Source: a virus
Lineage: Duplodnaviria; Caudoviricetes
IMG/VR virus record: IMGVR_UViG_3300028048_000099
Location: 34,151 to 98,150 of that record
DNA: 64,000 nucleotides
Strand: one strand, 5' to 3'
In this document: in pieces, positions 30,676 to 39,142 of the stretch
How the letters are laid out: each line of letters opens with the position of its first letter
How positions within the stretch are numbered: position 1 is the first letter of the stretch
Translations under genes and position numbers: made by a program
Notes under the pieces: model-generated
Told to the model about the DNA's origin: nothing
The model's database searches: none
The model's input: only the letters and a program-made list of their open reading frames with translations

Positions 30676-33192
30676 ATGGAAGAATTTAAGAGACAAGAGA
30701 TTACGATGGAGGCCGTGCGCACCTTTATGGAAGGGCACGACCCGGAGGAGAGGATAGTCAATATCACGGCAAGTTTCAGGGACCCCTTCGTCAAGGTCTA
30801 TTACAGGGATGAGGACGATAACAAGTGTGTTTCGGAGCGTCCTTTTTATCCGTTCGTGTGGGCCAAAAGGGAGGTCTGCGTGCTCATGAAGAGGTATGTC
30901 ATGGACAACGGCATCTGCGGCGGCAGCATGGCCAAGCTGATGGGGAAGCACGGAATCTTCGTCAAGGAGCTCTCAACGAGAAACAACGAGGGCCAGGTCG
31001 TGGAGTCAATGGAGGACGGCTACACCTATATCTTCTACGCCACCAGGGCCATGTCATACAGTGATTTCCTTAAGTTCTTCAAGGAGGCCGGATATCCGGT
31101 GTACAAGGACAGGAAAGACGGGCAGGAGGAGCTCGCGAGAAACAAGACCAGGTATTACCTGACCGCGACGCCCGAGGAGCAGTACCTCATCTCCACCGGA
31201 AAGAGGTATTTCAAGGGCTACAACGATTACGACGAGACCCTGCGCATGATTTTTGACCTTGAGACCACCGGCCTTGACACGAGGAGGGACCGGATTGAGC
31301 AGATTGGTGTCCGGTTCAACAGGCCCGTCAAGTACAAGGGCAAGACATATAATTTTGAGAGGGTTTTCGCGGTTGAGGGCGCGACCGACAGTGAGAGGGA
31401 CGCGAGCGAGCTGGAGGCCATCAGGAACTTCCTCCTGTGCGTGTCGCTTTTCAAGCCGGATGTCATCACGGCCCACAACGGGGAGAACTTTGACTGGAAC
31501 ATGCTCATAGGTGCGTGTGAGAGGCTCGGCACGTCAATGTACGAGCTGTCAAAGGAGTTCCTCAACGGCGAGCCGATTTACAAGAGCCAGAAGGAGAACG
31601 TCCTGAAGCTCGGAGGCGAGGTTGAGAAGTACCGTCCCACCGTCGTCCCGCACACCGTCATCACGGACAGCCTGCATGCCGTGAGAAGGGCCCAGGCCAT
31701 GGACTCGAATATGAAGAAGGCCGACCTTAAGTACGCGACCAAGTACGCCAAGCTCGTCAAGAAGAACCGTGTGTATGTTCCCGGCGACAAAATCTCAACC
31801 GTATGGAACGACAACGAGGCACATTACGCTTTCAATGATGAGGACGGCAAATGGTACGAGATAACGGACAAGAAGCCGTTGAGGGATGGTTATGAGGCTG
31901 TCACCGGAAGGTACATCGTTGAGAGGTACCTGCTGGACGACCTTTGGGAGTGCGACAAGGTGGAGCTGAAATACAACGCCACGAACTTCCTCATCTGCAA
32001 GATTCTTCCGCTTCCCTACCAGAAGTGCACCACGATGGGCACCGCCGGACAGTGGAAGGCGCTCCTCATGGCGTGGAGCTACGAGAACGGGCTCGCGATT
32101 CCCGACGCCCCGAACACCGGCAAGTTCACCGGCGGGCTGTCAAGACTTTTGAGGGTCGGCTATGTCGACAATGTCATCAAGCTTGACTACAACTCCCTGT
32201 ATCCCTCCATCATCCTCACCTGGGGTATAGAGGACGAGAAGGACCTCATGGGAACGATGCTGAAGTTCCTGGAGTATGTCCTCACCACCCGAGAGCAGTC
32301 AAAGGCGTTGAAGAAGAAGGCCGGCGAGGTCGTTGAGAAGTATGAGAAAAGGATAGCCAAGGGACAGACGCTCACTCCCGAGGAACAGCAGGAGTACCAG
32401 GACGCGCAGAGGGATTACGCGTTCAATGACGGAAAGCAGATGCAGCAGAAGGTCCTTGGAAACTCGTTCTTTGGTTCCTATGGTTCTAACATTGGCTCGC
32501 TGTTCCCTTGGAAGTCAATTGTTTGTGCCGAAAGGACTACCTGCACCGGCCGTCAGTCACTCCGTCTTATGATTAGCCATTTTGCAAAACTTGGATATAT
32601 ACCTATCGTTGGTGACTCATTCACGCCAGACACCCCGGTCTTCATAAAATACAACGAAACCGGACTGATTAACATTAAACCGATTTGTGAGTTGATAAAT
32701 GAAGAAGAAATAAAAACTGATGAACTTGGAAGGGAGTATGATTATTCCAAGAAGGACTACAAGGTACTCTGCCGTTCAGGTTGGGTTGAGCCGTCATATA
32801 TTTACCGACACAAGACAGACAAGGATATCTACGAGGTCAACGATGGTGATATGAGGATTGACGTGACGGAAGACCACTCGCTTTTTAACGCTGAGCAGGA
32901 AAAGATAAAGCCGAGTGAATTAAGTGGGGAAACCGAACTTGAATATTATAATGGTAAGATAAGGCCCGACGGTTATCATAGATATTTTGCAAACATGACA
33001 CCTTTTGCTAAACAATGGGCAGAAAAAGTAGCAGAAGGAAGCCTTGATAGGGTCCCGGTTGAGGTTTTGAACTATCCTCCTGTTTATCAAAAAGCTTTTT
33101 ATGAAACATTTATGGAAAACTCCCACGATGATGTTGACTACTCAAAAACTTGTCTCGCTGGTTTGCAATATATAAAAAGTCAAATTAAATAG
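30676..33192 (+). CDS. polB: Family B DNA polymerase, N-terminal half, fused to split-intein N-fragment
   Basis: Exo I FDLETT, Exo II HNGENFD, Exo III YLLDD, motif A LDYNSLYPS, motif B KVLGNSFFG; polymerase sequence ends at IVGD and intein follows. Likely start ATG 30676. Confidence 0.93.
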   Translation: MEEFKRQEITMEAVRTFMEGHDPEERIVNITASFRDPFVKVYYRDEDDNKCVSERPFYPFVWAKREVCVLMKRYVMDNGICGGSMAKLMGKHGIFVKELSTRNNEGQVVESMEDGYTYIFYATRAMSYSDFLKFFKEAGYPVYKDRKDGQEELARNKTRYYLTATPEEQYLISTGKRYFKGYNDYDETLRMIFDLETTGLDTRRDRIEQIGVRFNRPVKYKGKTYNFERVFAVEGATDSERDASELEAIRNFLLCVSLFKPDVITAHNGENFDWNMLIGACERLGTSMYELSKEFLNGEPIYKSQKENVLKLGGEVEKYRPTVVPHTVITDSLHAVRRAQAMDSNMKKADLKYATKYAKLVKKNRVYVPGDKISTVWNDNEAHYAFNDEDGKWYEITDKKPLRDGYEAVTGRYIVERYLLDDLWECDKVELKYNATNFLICKILPLPYQKCTTMGTAGQWKALLMAWSYENGLAIPDAPNTGKFTGGLSRLLRVGYVDNVIKLDYNSLYPSIILTWGIEDEKDLMGTMLKFLEYVLTTREQSKALKKKAGEVVEKYEKRIAKGQTLTPEEQQEYQDAQRDYAFNDGKQMQQKVLGNSFFGSYGSNIGSLFPWKSIVCAERTTCTGRQSLRLMISHFAKLGYIPIVGDSFTPDTPVFIKYNETGLINIKPICELINEEEIKTDELGREYDYSKKDYKVLCRSGWVEPSYIYRHKTDKDIYEVNDGDMRIDVTEDHSLFNAEQEKIKPSELSGETELEYYNGKIRPDGYHRYFANMTPFAKQWAEKVAEGSLDRVPVEVLNYPPVYQKAFYETFMENSHDDVDYSKTCLAGLQYIKSQIK
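32617..33189 (+). mobile_element. Split intein N-fragment (191 aa) with degenerate LAGLIDADG-endonuclease remnant
   Basis: Block A SFTPDTPVFIK, YRHK, block B VTEDHSLF; then VPVEVLNYP..QKAFY and SKTCLAGLQYI. Confidence 0.88.
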
Positions 33193-33194
33193 TC

Positions 33195-34103
33195 ATGGAT
33201 AAGCTAAACGAGACATTTATAAAAAGGATAAACAAAATCATAACGGAAGAGTTCGGCATTAACGATGCGTTGGACAAGGAGGCAACCAGAGCCGCGACGT
33301 CAATCATTATGAACATCAACGGAAAAGATTTCAAATGGGACGATGAAAGTGGGGTATATAAACGATATCACACGGAGAAAGTCACCTTAGGAGAAAAGAG
33401 CGTTAAAATATATGTCACAAACTATTGGTTTAAAACTGTTGGTGAGCGTGACAGCTTTTTGAAATCCGCGATTGTGCCACTCGGTTACGTATATGAGGTG
33501 AATATGATATTCATTCCGTTGTATAGTGTCGGTGATGCGTCATTTGATGTTGACGACGCGACGGACACTATCTATCACGAAATAGAGCACTTCTTTCAAA
33601 CGTCTAAGATGGGTCATAATTTCGGGTCCGCTGAATTATATGCAAAAGCAAAAAGCAATATAAAATCACGGAACGAAACAACCAGGGCTATCGCCGAGAT
33701 ATTTTACATGTCTTTTCCAAGCGAACAGGACGCGATGGTCAACGGAATGTATGGTTCACTCAAAAAATATTCGTATGTTGAAGTACATAAGAAAATAATG
33801 GAAAGTGAGGCGGCAGTATGGTGCAAAAAACTTTACGAGGATTATAATCTGTTAAAAAAGACGGACAGGGACGCTTTAAATGCTGAACTTGAAAAATATG
33901 GCAAAAGCCATGAACAGTTTTTCAAAATTGCTACAAAGGCGATAAAACGTTTTGAGAAAAAACTTGCGAGGACAACATTCAAACTCATAAAAGACGCGCA
34001 ACTAAGAGACGGGGTAAGACTTGAGCCTGGGAAACTTGAAGAAAGTTATACGCCTGGGAAAGATTACTGGCTCACCACCTATTTTGACAAGTTTTTGAAG
34101 TGA
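33195..34103 (+). CDS. Putative zinc metalloprotease-like protein (HExxH...ExxA) between the intein halves
   Basis: IYHEIEHFFQ and SEQDAM; N-terminal KLNE..INKIITEE leader. Confidence 0.7.
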   Translation: MDKLNETFIKRINKIITEEFGINDALDKEATRAATSIIMNINGKDFKWDDESGVYKRYHTEKVTLGEKSVKIYVTNYWFKTVGERDSFLKSAIVPLGYVYEVNMIFIPLYSVGDASFDVDDATDTIYHEIEHFFQTSKMGHNFGSAELYAKAKSNIKSRNETTRAIAEIFYMSFPSEQDAMVNGMYGSLKKYSYVEVHKKIMESEAAVWCKKLYEDYNLLKKTDRDALNAELEKYGKSHEQFFKIATKAIKRFEKKLARTTFKLIKDAQLRDGVRLEPGKLEESYTPGKDYWLTTYFDKFLK

Positions 34104-34122
34104 GAAAATATTTTTGTATTAT
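34095..34122 (+). promoter_or_regulatory. Sigma70-like promoter dedicated to PolB C-half
   Basis: TTGAAG-N16-TATTAT, about 30 nt upstream of ATG 34153. Confidence 0.55.
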
Positions 34123-34152
34123 ACAGGTGTTAATGATTTTAATGATATTTTT

Positions 34153-34254
34153 ATGTTAAAAGTTAAAAACAAAGGGAAATCAAACGAATATGTTTATGAC
34201 ATTTCGCTTGACGGAACGGTTGTTAACGCGTTAGGACTGAATGTTGTTTCAAAT
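34153..34254 (+). mobile_element. Split intein C-fragment (34 aa)
   Basis: MLKVKNKGKSNEYVYDISLDGTVVNALGLNVVSN: block F YVYDIS, terminal Asn, Thr at +1. Confidence 0.88.
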
Positions 34255-35733
34255 ACCGACGGTTTCAACTTCAAGCTCCCGGACACGTTCAGATATACGG
34301 AAGACAACCCATATGTAAGTCCAGGATTATCAAGGGAAACAAAGAAAGGGAAGGCTTATACAGGTTATGAGGCTGATGTTGCGGAGTTCAACGACCAGTT
34401 TATGTCCGACAAACATTATGCTGACAATGCGGTTAACAAAATGGGTCTCGGAATAGACGAAATCGTTTCCGCGACCATCAACTTCTCCAGGAAGAACTAC
34501 GCGGACCATTTTCCCGACAAGCCGTACCCGGAGGACGTGAAGATGGTGGGAAACACCATCAAGTCAAAGAAGATGCCGGAGTACATTGAGAAGTTCCTTG
34601 ACAAGGGAATCCGCCTGCTATTGAAAAATGACGGGCAGTCCTTCCTGAACGAGTATTACGACTATATTGACAAGATTTACAGCTACCGCATCCCCCTGAG
34701 GGAAATCGCGTCCAGGGGCAAGGTTAAGAAGAGCCTGCGGGAGTATGTTGATGACTGCAAGACCATAACCAAGGCCGGGAGGCCGAAGTCAAGGCAGGCG
34801 TGGATGGAGCTCGCGATGAGGGACGGGCTTGAGGTCAACCTCGGCGAGACGCTGTTCTACATCAACACCGGCAAGTCAAAGTCCCAGAGCGACGTGAAGA
34901 AGGTGACCCACTATTATGAGGTGGGAGGGCTTTTCGGCGACAAGATGGACATGAGGGTGGCCCTTGAGAAGGAGTGGAAGGCGGCCCCCAAGACGAGGAC
35001 AGTCATTGACGGCATCCCGCTGAGCCTGGCCGAGTACGTCAAGAGATACCACCCCGAGGTCACCGTGGAGGACGAGATTATCCTCAACGCGTCGCTGCTC
35101 CCCAGGGACATGGTCGAGTCGGAGAAGGACATTTACTGCAAGGACATGCCGGGAATGGAGTACAACGTCCCCAAGTACATCAGCCAGTTCAACAGCCGAA
35201 TCAAGCCGCTCCTCGTCTGCTTCTCAAAGGATATAAGGGACAGGATATTGATTAACAACCCGTCCGAGAGGCCCTATTTCACCGAGGAGGAGTCAAGGCT
35301 CTCAAGCGGCGAGCCCAACAACCCGGGTGACCAGGACACTTTTGAGCAGCTCATGACTATGGAGGACAAGGAGATAAGGTTCTGGAAATCACATCCGGAG
35401 TTCAAAATCCCCTTCCTTGACGAGTGCGGCATGGACTGGGACGCCATCCTTAAGGACTATGACGGCAGGATGGCCAGGGAGAAGGAGCTCGGTATAAGCT
35501 TCGTGCGCGAGGAGGTTGAGAAGGCAATCGGCAAGATGACGGCCGAGGAGTTTGACAAGTTTGAGGAGGAGGGTGAGATACCGGCCTCACTGAAAAGGCT
35601 GGTTGATTTTGACCCGGTCACGAGCAATTTCGTGGACAAGACATACCCGGACATCATCATCATGACGATTTACGACCTCCTCGACGCGAGATACGCCAGG
35701 GAAAACGAGAATGGAGAGGAAGCCGAAGCTTGA
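34153..35733 (+). CDS. polB: Family B DNA polymerase, C-terminal half, preceded by split-intein C-fragment
   Basis: After the intein ...VVSN comes TDGFNF (rest of motif C), then RKNYA and GNTIKS palm/thumb motifs. Confidence 0.92.
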   Translation: MLKVKNKGKSNEYVYDISLDGTVVNALGLNVVSNTDGFNFKLPDTFRYTEDNPYVSPGLSRETKKGKAYTGYEADVAEFNDQFMSDKHYADNAVNKMGLGIDEIVSATINFSRKNYADHFPDKPYPEDVKMVGNTIKSKKMPEYIEKFLDKGIRLLLKNDGQSFLNEYYDYIDKIYSYRIPLREIASRGKVKKSLREYVDDCKTITKAGRPKSRQAWMELAMRDGLEVNLGETLFYINTGKSKSQSDVKKVTHYYEVGGLFGDKMDMRVALEKEWKAAPKTRTVIDGIPLSLAEYVKRYHPEVTVEDEIILNASLLPRDMVESEKDIYCKDMPGMEYNVPKYISQFNSRIKPLLVCFSKDIRDRILINNPSERPYFTEEESRLSSGEPNNPGDQDTFEQLMTMEDKEIRFWKSHPEFKIPFLDECGMDWDAILKDYDGRMAREKELGISFVREEVEKAIGKMTAEEFDKFEEEGEIPASLKRLVDFDPVTSNFVDKTYPDIIIMTIYDLLDARYARENENGEEAEA

Positions 35734-35748
35734 CCTCTCCATTTTTTT
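35710..35748. terminator. Terminator at end of PolB C-half
   Basis: AATGGAGAGG...CCTCTCCATT followed by a T-tract. Confidence 0.65.
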
Positions 35749-36398
35749 TATCCGTATCTCTCGCTGGTACCCTTAAGCCTGTCCCGTAAATCCGAGTCAA
35801 GCGCGGCCGTGTAGTTTTTCCAGTCATTATAGTCATTATAACTGACACTCGTGTTCATAACGCTATCGCCGGATGAACAGGTTATGTTGTTTTTATCCAT
35901 CCAATCCGGCTGGTCGCCGATGGTGTGCTCATACGTTATCCAGGGTGTTGTTCCCGTGGACCACGGATTGGGGTATGGCGTCGCCGGGTTTATAATGGGC
36001 TCCCTTGTCAGTTTCTCAAATTCAAGCCCGTTTATTTTCGATTTTGCCTCGTTCAATTCCTCCTCAAGTTCCTTTACCGTTTTACGTAAGGATTTCACCT
36101 CGTACAGCAGCTTGTCAATCATCGCCTCGTCGTCGGTGAGCTCCTCCGCGTGACTCTTTATCACCTCCGCGACCTTTGACTTAAGCTCTTCCTTGAAAGA
36201 TTTGATTCCATTCTCAAGTTTATACCCGGAATTCGCATCGTCTGTCTTGTAAAAAGTCTTCTCGTGTGTGACTGTCACGTCAACCCGCTCAATGTAAACT
36301 TTCCCGAACAAATGTACCTTTTTCCCGGTCTGCTCAATCGTGTAGGTATAGTTCTCCATGACCTTATCCAACACCTCATAAACTGTCCTGTTCTTCAT
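35748..36398 (-). CDS. Hypothetical coiled-coil protein
   Basis: 216-aa ORF; upstream TTGACA-N17-TATTTT (36445-36417) overlapping an inverted repeat. Confidence 0.7.
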   Translation of the reverse strand: MKNRTVYEVLDKVMENYTYTIEQTGKKVHLFGKVYIERVDVTVTHEKTFYKTDDANSGYKLENGIKSFKEELKSKVAEVIKSHAEELTDDEAMIDKLLYEVKSLRKTVKELEEELNEAKSKINGLEFEKLTREPIINPATPYPNPWSTGTTPWITYEHTIGDQPDWMDKNNITCSSGDSVMNTSVSYNDYNDWKNYTAALDSDLRDRLKGTSERYG

Positions 36399-36450
36399 AA
36401 CGCATCATTTACAGTAAAAATAAAACCTTGACAGGTGATTGTCAAGGCTT

Positions 36451-38304
36451 TCAAACATCATATAACCTGTTGAAACCGGTCACTTTTTTTCCGGTGTTGT
36501 TCCTGACGCTCATCTCCCTCGCCTTCTCGCGGGTCGCGACCCTTCTCGTCACGACAGGTACGGGAGGTTTCTCCTTTTTCATGACCGTCTTCACCTGGGG
36601 CTCAAGCCTTCTCGTGACCATGGGCTTCAGATGCTCAGGCCTTGTGAACCTGACCGGCTTCTCCACTGTTCTCCTTACCGGTCCCGGGCTCTCCTTGATT
36701 TTGTTTTTTTGAGGGATTCCAGCAACCTCTCCTTCTGTAGGGCCGTCATCCTTTTTTTCCCCCACCCGCGTTATCTTCGGCGCGGGTTTTCTCGGTGTGA
36801 CCGGTGTCTCCGTCGTGTGAGGTTTGGGCTCGGGCTCGATTTTCCCGTACGGGTGTGTGTCAAGCCCTATCTTGTCATAACCCTCGTTTTTCCTGGTCTT
36901 CAGTTTGGGGTCCTGTATCGCGAGATTCACGATGGCAAACGACCCTGTCAGGCCCTTGTCATTGAGCGGGGTGTCCGGGGGCAGCAGCCTTTGCTCCTGG
37001 GCACCGATTATCCTCTCCATAGCCTTCCTGTCCAGTGAGTAGCATGAGCAGAAAATGAAAAAGACCTTGGGCGCCGCCATGTCGCCATAAAGGGCGCCCG
37101 CGGGCAATGAGTTGATATATTGCTTGTATCGTGACCCCTCGCCTCCGGCCGAGCAGACCATCTTGTCAAACATGACCACATTGGTGTCGGGCATGCTCGA
37201 GAGGAGCTCCCTGACATGCCACATGTCCCTGTGGAACCTGACGTCGTCCTCCATGATTAATATCCTCTTGTAGCCAAGCGAGTAAGCCTCCTTTATAATC
37301 TCGTAGTGCTTAAGTGAGACACGTTTGACATATTCCCTGCTTGACGCCTTGAGCGCGGTGTCCATTTTCAGCTTAGGGTCCTTGAAAACAAGGTCGTTCA
37401 ACGGGGAGGGATAATCATAGACCCATGAGAAATAATCGGCGTCCTCATCAATCCCCACCCGCTTGAATTCTTCCCTCAGTTTCGGGAGCCTGTCATTTGA
37501 CGGGAGGTAATGCAGGCAATATATATGGTCAAAGACGTCACTAAAATTCGAATTTTCAAAACCACCGGCCCCAGTATTATCAGACCAATATTCTTTGTAT
37601 TTATTGAGCCATTCAACGACCGGCATATGCTTTGGTCTTTTCATTTTCTCAGCGGCATTAACCCAACTGCCGTTACCATAATGCACAATGTAATCAGCGG
37701 CTTTTATTTCTCTATGTAGCCCTTTTTTTTGCTCCGTTAAAATGTATAATGCCCCGCCGGTATCATAGTTATCACTATTACCCTTAAACCTTAAACCATG
37801 CATATAGTTCTCATCAAAGTAGTGTATTCCTTTTGTTTTACACATTGGTGTATTGATAAAACAAATAAATGGAAGAACCCTTTTTATCCTCTTATTTGTA
37901 CCAGGTTGATATATCACTTCTCCCTTATAGCAAACAATCTCATCAAATAGAATACTAAAGTCTTTTTTGACGAGAACGTCGCTATCAAAAAGAACAAACG
38001 GTTCCTTGATTAGTTCCATACACTTTTCAACACTGTATGCGTGTTTCGCGCTTCCCCAGTTATTCGCTTTTCCGCCTGACTTTTCCCTATTTGGATATTT
38101 TTTCAACCACTGGTCAAAATTAATTATTTGCCCCCTTGTATTATCAAAAACCGTCACGTTGTAGAATGAGTTTATGAAAGGGGCCTTGTCACTATTGTCA
38201 AATATGTATATTTTCGTCCCCGGTGTATGTTTGTTTATGCTCTTGACCAAATGTGCGGTAAGAACAGGCGTATTATAATGTATTATGCAAACATTTTTAT
38301 TCAT
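36451..38304 (-). CDS. Two-domain glycosyltransferase (GT2-like + GT25-like) with basic Pro-rich tail
   Basis: IIHYNTP..IFDNSD..LFDSDV; then FDHIYCLH..LKHYEII..ILIMEDDVRF. Confidence 0.8.
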   Translation of the reverse strand: MNKNVCIIHYNTPVLTAHLVKSINKHTPGTKIYIFDNSDKAPFINSFYNVTVFDNTRGQIINFDQWLKKYPNREKSGGKANNWGSAKHAYSVEKCMELIKEPFVLFDSDVLVKKDFSILFDEIVCYKGEVIYQPGTNKRIKRVLPFICFINTPMCKTKGIHYFDENYMHGLRFKGNSDNYDTGGALYILTEQKKGLHREIKAADYIVHYGNGSWVNAAEKMKRPKHMPVVEWLNKYKEYWSDNTGAGGFENSNFSDVFDHIYCLHYLPSNDRLPKLREEFKRVGIDEDADYFSWVYDYPSPLNDLVFKDPKLKMDTALKASSREYVKRVSLKHYEIIKEAYSLGYKRILIMEDDVRFHRDMWHVRELLSSMPDTNVVMFDKMVCSAGGEGSRYKQYINSLPAGALYGDMAAPKVFFIFCSCYSLDRKAMERIIGAQEQRLLPPDTPLNDKGLTGSFAIVNLAIQDPKLKTRKNEGYDKIGLDTHPYGKIEPEPKPHTTETPVTPRKPAPKITRVGEKKDDGPTEGEVAGIPQKNKIKESPGPVRRTVEKPVRFTRPEHLKPMVTRRLEPQVKTVMKKEKPPVPVVTRRVATREKAREMSVRNNTGKKVTGFNRLYDV

Positions 38305-39142
38305 TTCCTAAATCAATCCAATCGCCAAAAATCTTATTATACTCTTCTTTCTTGTATTTGAAAAATCCCGCGCCAGGAGTAAAAGTAAGTTCTCCAAGAT
38401 ATAGTTTTCCGGACACTTCATAAAAATCAACCCTCACAAACTTAAAATCCTTTGACAATAATTTTGAATATTCAACCATTTTATCGAAATTAACCGGTTT
38501 TTGTTGCTCATCTTTCATCGGTCGGAAATCGGTCCGCTCAATATCAAGTTTGTTGAAATCAGTGTCATAATAACTCATCGTGCCATGTCCATGACCGTCA
38601 TTGACTGTCATGAACTTTGGAACGCCATTAAAACACCAGAACTTATAATCCAACAATGAGTTTTTCTGTTTTTCATCTTCCTTATACTCCTCAACAAATA
38701 TCTTATGGGGAATATCGTGGTAATGCATCTCGTAACCGACATGAAACGCAAAATCATCTTTCATAAAACGGGTTAATTTGGCTTCCGCGTCTTTGATGTC
38801 CAGTTTTGACTTATCTTTTACTATGATGTTCATTCCGCTCCCATGATTACATTTTATTACAAATGCGTCCGGAAGTTCTGCCCAATTAATCTCATTAACA
38901 TTGTTGTATATTCTCAAAATGGGTATGCATAAATCAATGCCAACTTTCTCCTTACAATAATCATGCACAAGTATCTTGTCCGCGCACTTCGTCTTAAGCG
39001 GTGTGCTGTCATATAGTTTTAGCCAATTAATCTTATCCTGGATTGTTTTCGGGTTATCCAAATCCAAATTAAGCCCAGCCCTCTTTCCGATGGCGATGAG
39101 TTTTTCCTTGTATTCTGGGTATGTTTTAAACTGTTCCATCAC
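38297..39142 (-). CDS. TupA-like ATP-grasp protein
   Basis: NPKTIQDKINWLKL, ADKILV, FVIKCNHGSG, DYKFWCFNG, FVRVDFY, GELTFTPGAG. Confidence 0.88.
   Translation of the reverse strand: MMEQFKTYPEYKEKLIAIGKRAGLNLDLDNPKTIQDKINWLKLYDSTPLKTKCADKILVHDYCKEKVGIDLCIPILRIYNNVNEINWAELPDAFVIKCNHGSGMNIIVKDKSKLDIKDAEAKLTRFMKDDFAFHVGYEMHYHDIPHKIFVEEYKEDEKQKNSLLDYKFWCFNGVPKFMTVNDGHGHGTMSYYDTDFNKLDIERTDFRPMKDEQQKPVNFDKMVEYSKLLSKDFKFVRVDFYEVSGKLYLGELTFTPGAGFFKYKKEEYNKIFGDWIDLGNE

Noticed and set aside
33190-33197. TAG read-through or alternative genetic code joining PolB-N to the next gene
   Set aside because: The next ORF is in a different frame; long genes translate without interruption in the standard code, and TAG, TAA and TGA all end genes.
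32617-34254. Group I intron, assembly error or pseudogene as the cause of the polB break
   Set aside because: Intein blocks A/B and F/G are intact and sit exactly at the extein junctions; both halves are long clean ORFs.
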